Shown piece by piece: positions 59,233 through 64,000 of a stretch of 64,000 nt of DNA (the stretch's first letter is position 1; each line of letters opens with the position of its first letter). The position numbers and the translations under genes were made by a program. Source of the stretch: Chrysomallon squamiferum (lineage: Eukaryota > Animalia > Mollusca). The stretch is taken from NCBI GenBank assembly GCA_012295275.1, contig CM022676.1, forward strand, positions 10,478,001 through 10,542,000. Direction: 5' to 3'. The notes under the pieces were generated by a model. The model ran no database searches. It had not been told where the DNA came from and saw nothing but the letters and a program-made list of their open reading frames with translations.

Positions 59233-59827
59233 TGAGACTGACTAAATAACGTTTTCTTTTTGTTGTACACAAACACATAACTGTCCGAGCTGATTGACTC
59301 CCATTGTCGTCTTTTCGCTGTTTGTGAATCCTCGTTTACACTAACCAGCTTCTGTGTTACCAGCAGTTTCCCTCAGCCAAATCTGTGCACGCAAATAAAG
59401 CTATTTTTATTACTGCCAGTAGCTGTTACCTACGTGAAAGAACCCATAGAAATTCTAAATGCTTCTTATATTTATTTTTTTATTATTATTATTATTATTA
59501 TTTTTGTTTTGTTTACAAGTCTCTTGTTACTATCATTAAATGACTTACTGGTGAAAAATAATGCTGCCGCGAAGGTCACAAGTTCAAATCACAGCTCAGG
59601 ATGCATCACGAACGTTACTATAAAACAAGTCTATTTTAGTGGCTAGATAAGACGGTATTTCTGTGTTTAACCATTATAATGACGTCATTAATATCGTGAC
59701 GTCAGTTCTTATTATACGTCACTACATTTCTTGACGTCATTTGCTTTAAAAAACTGGGGATTCGTTATTTTATCAGTCTGCTAGTTTCACGATTTCTTAT
59801 CCCAGGATCTGTTCCAAGGAAAAGCTT

Positions 59828-59915
59828 GTCAAAGGCCGTGGTATATGTTAACCTGTTTACGGGGAGGCACATAAAAAATATTCTTCTCTGCTAATCGAAA
59901 AAGAGTAGTCCATGA
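59828..59915 (+). mobile_element. SINE fragment resembling the Nin/Deu conserved domain of molluscan SINEs; related fragment at about 725-790
   Basis: caaaggccgtggtat...ggggaggcacataaaaaa...tgctaatcgaaaaagagtagtccatga; similarity to 725-790 is visible in the window, the family name is from recall. Confidence 0.5.
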
Positions 59916-60058
59916 GACTTTATCATTACCTGCACTGACATTTTGTATCATCCTATCTCGCTCTCTTTCTGTGATTTTTTTTTTTTGTCTTTATATCAAG
60001 GATTGTTATCTGTCTTTCTCTCTTCTATTAGTTTCTCTGTCATTTTATTTTGTTTATT

Positions 60059-60102
<44 letters not shown>

Positions 60103-60175
60103 CATGCGTACGGGTTGGACCGTATACATGTTTGTTAATGCTTAAATAATATTAATGCATAAAATGCAATTAAGT

Positions 60176-60247
60176 GACTTCGTGGCGCAACGGTAGCGCG
60201 TCTGACTCCAGATCAGAAGGTTGCGTGTTCGAATCACGTCGGGGTCA
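60176..60247 (+). tRNA. trnW: tRNA-Trp(CCA), acceptor GACTTCG/CGGGGTC
   Basis: Intact cloverleaf, poly-T terminator. Confidence 0.95.
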
Positions 60248-60608
60248 TTACTACTTTTTTTCCATGTTAATGTTTTGTGTTTGTTTATTTTTATGCCCTA
60301 CACTTTATTTATATATCTCTATATATAACAACAATAAATAAATAAATAAATAAGTTAGCAAGAACAAAATCAGATTTAACAATTATTATCAGTAAATTGG
60401 CAAAACGGCTTCATTTGACTCATTTTCCGATCCTCCTTAGTGTTCGTATTAAGGATTTTCCCGTTCCAAACAGAGCTTAATAACAGTTTTGTTAAAAGAT
60501 CATTGTTTGTAGCCTTGTTTTCTGTGAGAAAACGGACAGAATAAAATCCACGAAAGAAGTTTTAAAACTTAGTTTCAATGAAAATTATTAAGATCGAAAA
60601 ATCTACAC

Positions 60609-60680
60609 TGACCCCGACGTGATTCGAACACGCAACCTTCTGATCTGGAGTCAGACGCGCTACCGTTGCGCCACAGAGTC
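60609..60680 (-). tRNA. trnW: tRNA-Trp(CCA), acceptor GACTCTG/CGGGGTC
   Basis: Intact cloverleaf on the minus strand, T5 terminator. Confidence 0.95.
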
Positions 60681-61095
60681 ACATGTTAAAAATGTTTTCA
60701 TTAATATTTATTTAATCTTAGATACTACAGTGGTTTTGTGATCTATCAGACTTTACTATTGCTCTAACCACTGAGCTACAGTTAATGATATTTTAATGAA
60801 CGGCAGAAAAATGAAATATTAAATTAATTTACTGAACGAACAACAAAAAGGTAAAATCCTTTTTAACGAACCTTCTTTTTCTTTCGTTCTTTCTTTCTTT
60901 CTTTCTTTCTTTATTATTATTATTTTAATTTAATTTGAAATTTGTTTTTATAATTTTTCTTTTTTGTTTTAATTTGCGTTCTAATAGGTCATTCTTTGCT
61001 CTCTTTTTTAATTTAATTTCTTTTCGTTTCTTTATTGTTTTTTTTCTTTCTTAATTATTCAAGAATATTAGAGAAAATCATTTGCTGTTTACAAC

Positions 61096-61180
<85 letters not shown>

Positions 61181-61710
61181 AACAGAAATCCAAAATATTA
61201 TAAAGAGACACAAAAACGCGCAAAATGTCATCTGTGTGATGAAAATAACTCTGCGGACGATGACGTAGATGAACATTGCTTGTAGCTACACTACTGCCAA
61301 GAACCGTTGCCAAGAACGATAATTAAAACTGAAAGGTTAATCAGCATTTGCCGCTCCTTGTCTAATTACCTCCCTTGAATATGTGCTCGAAATGCCGTCA
61401 AAGGATTACTGACTACGCTTCACAAATGCTTCGTTTTTGTCTCTTAATGTCTTTCATTTTAAATCAGTTATCTTATTTTATATAAAAAAATCTGTACCCC
61501 AGCTATTTAATATCGCTCAGTAAATTTATCGGGAAAGTTTCCCTTTATCAAATTATTCCAGTAAAATCAAGGCTTGAAGAAGTGAAGATCAGACTGTCAC
61601 TTCGGCTCCAGCAGATTTAACAGTTTTTATGAAATTCGTAATTCTACTTTCAACACAGCAATTTGTAGTAACACAGAACACGCCTGTTTAATTTTCTTAA
61701 TGTTAAACTG

Positions 61711-61787
<77 letters not shown>

Positions 61788-61883
61788 GAGAGAGAGAGGA
61801 AAAGAGAGAGACAGAATCAGAGATAGATAGACAGACACACAGACAGCCATATAGATAGATATAACCACTCTCTCCCTTCCTCG

Positions 61884-61962
<79 letters not shown>

Positions 61963-61972
61963 ATCTAACTTT

Positions 61973-62034
<62 letters not shown>

Positions 62035-62035
62035 G

Positions 62036-62105
<70 letters not shown>

Positions 62106-62108
<3 letters not shown>

Positions 62109-62175
62109 ACGTGTGTAAGCCTGTGTTAGATACATATTAATTTATATGTCTAAGAGATCCTGCACAGAGAAAATA

Positions 62176-62240
<65 letters not shown>

Positions 62241-62879
62241 GTCTGTCTGTCTGTCTGTCTGTCTGCGAGTGTATGTGTGTATAAATACACAGCCATTCAT
62301 CTAACAATCTATCTGTATTTCAGTCCGACTGTTACACAGATAAACTATTAACACAACACGTCTTTAACTTCACGCTTACAAATTTTTGTCTCTTTTTCTC
62401 TCTCGGACACGCTCTCACAGCCGAAGTTCTCGTATCACGTGACCGTTGTGGAAACGTCCGCCCAGACAAGTCAGATGAGTTGAAATTAGCACGCATTTGT
62501 CTCTCCACTGCGCAGCCTTGATTGCTTGCACGCGCTTGGAAATCAATTGCAACTGACGGCGTCGCTCATTGGCTATTGTCGTCTTCACGTCTGCTCTCAA
62601 AGCCACTGACACGTCACACGGAGTTCGCGTCAAACGAGTCGACGAAGGCCGACAAGTGGCGAAGATTCTGGAACTTCTCGAACTGGTCGGCTGGGAAATG
62701 TTGCCGTCTGCTGACAGGTGAGCTCGCTTGTTGTATCTCAGTTTAAGGTTATTGTTCGTTCGTTTGTTTGTTTGTGTATATGTGTGTTTGTTATCATCAT
62801 CGTCATCAGTTTATTTGTTTATTTTATTTATTCATTTATCATTATCTCATTATTATTATTATTATTGTTATTGTTGTTG

Positions 62880-62920
<41 letters not shown>

Positions 62921-63602
62921 GTCATCATTACCATTATTATTATTATCATTATCATAACTATTATTGTTGTTGTTGTTATTATTATTATTATTTTCATCAT
63001 CTTTATTATTTTTATCATTATTCATTACGTCATTATTATATTTTCCTTTGTTTCTTCTTCATAATTTTATTTTTTATTTATTTTATTTCATTTCCATTTA
63101 TATTACTTCAATCTGTAATTTTTTTCTTCTAAAAATGTTTTCAGACATAGGAGTCGTTTTTCGATGATGTTTGTTTAATTTTATTTATTCCAGAATGAAC
63201 ATTTATTTGATTTTGTTTCGATGCATTTTTAAAACATACAGGTTGTCACAACGGTCGGAATAATAAGTCTTTAAAAAACTGTAACTAAACAGTATTAATG
63301 ATCTGTCTACTCCTTGCGACAGCAAAATACATCTATTTCCCGTTCCGACCACTTGTTCACACTGTTTTCTTACCTGTCAGTAGAGTGGTCTGGAGTGGTA
63401 ACTAATTATGTCTTCTTTTCTATCGTTATTACGACCGGGTTACGACCGGGTTACGATCAGGTTACGTTTAGACGTAACTTGAAACGATATTTTTCAGTAA
63501 ATCAAGTTTCATTTGTTTGCTTTTGACATATTACTCAGTGGTGTTGTTGTTGTTGTTGCTGTATCACAGTATTATCAGAAATCATGATTTATTATTTATC
63601 CA

Positions 63603-63674
<72 letters not shown>

Positions 63675-63932
63675 TATCGTGTACGAAACGGTTGTCTATC
63701 AGAATTGACGTAACTAAGGGAATACACTGAATATAAAATAACTATATTATACTAAAACAAATATTCCCTGATAAAGATAAAAAAAAAAGATTTGCATTTT
63801 CATTTTGTCTATTTTATCACGCTACTTCATGAAAATCCTTGATAACGTTTTGTTTATAGTTGACTATCAAAAACACAGAACATTTTTCACACAGCTTTCA
63901 TTAAAACAACAACAACAACAACAAAATAATAA

Positions 63933-63963
<31 letters not shown>

Positions 63964-64000
63964 AAGAATTTAAATAATACACCAAACACACGCTGCAAAT
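62106..64000 (+). repeat. segmental duplication copy 2 (runs off the window)
   Basis: Near-identical to 55253-57258. Confidence 0.95.
62407..62723 (+). promoter_or_regulatory. putative promoter + first exon (copy 2)
   Basis: Same island as copy 1; donor CTGACAG|GTGAGC at 62718. Confidence 0.45.

Overview
AT-rich, microsatellite-dense animal genomic DNA with spliceosomal introns. It is probably a gastropod or other mollusc, inferred from a PAN-EB-PAN gene and Nin-SINE-like fragments. Nearly all ORFs in the supplied track are translated simple repeats, so I rebuilt the real genes exon by exon from splice sites and reading phase. (1) The 3' part of a + strand single-pass membrane protein gene (333-4039). 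(2) A 3-exon + strand secreted PAN-EB-PAN protein (8279-12284). (3) A - strand gene of at least 24 exons (40341-13812, about 1425 codons, N-terminus unresolved): three LRP-type YWTD beta-propellers, two EGF modules and a sushi-like module, apparently spliced to a C-terminal glycine-rich domain of the phage tail-fibre / ALK-LTK type. No LDL-A repeats or TM segment were found. (4) 17 full-length tRNA-Trp(CCA) copies plus one 5'-truncated pseudogene; 15 lie in introns of gene 3, with co-varying acceptor stems and a dimeric tandem array interrupted by a deleted hAT-like transposon. (5) A duplication of at least 1.9 kb carrying a promoter/first-exon-like block, plus interstitial telomere-like repeats, SINE fragments and minisatellites. 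All calls are from reading the sequence; no database searches were run.
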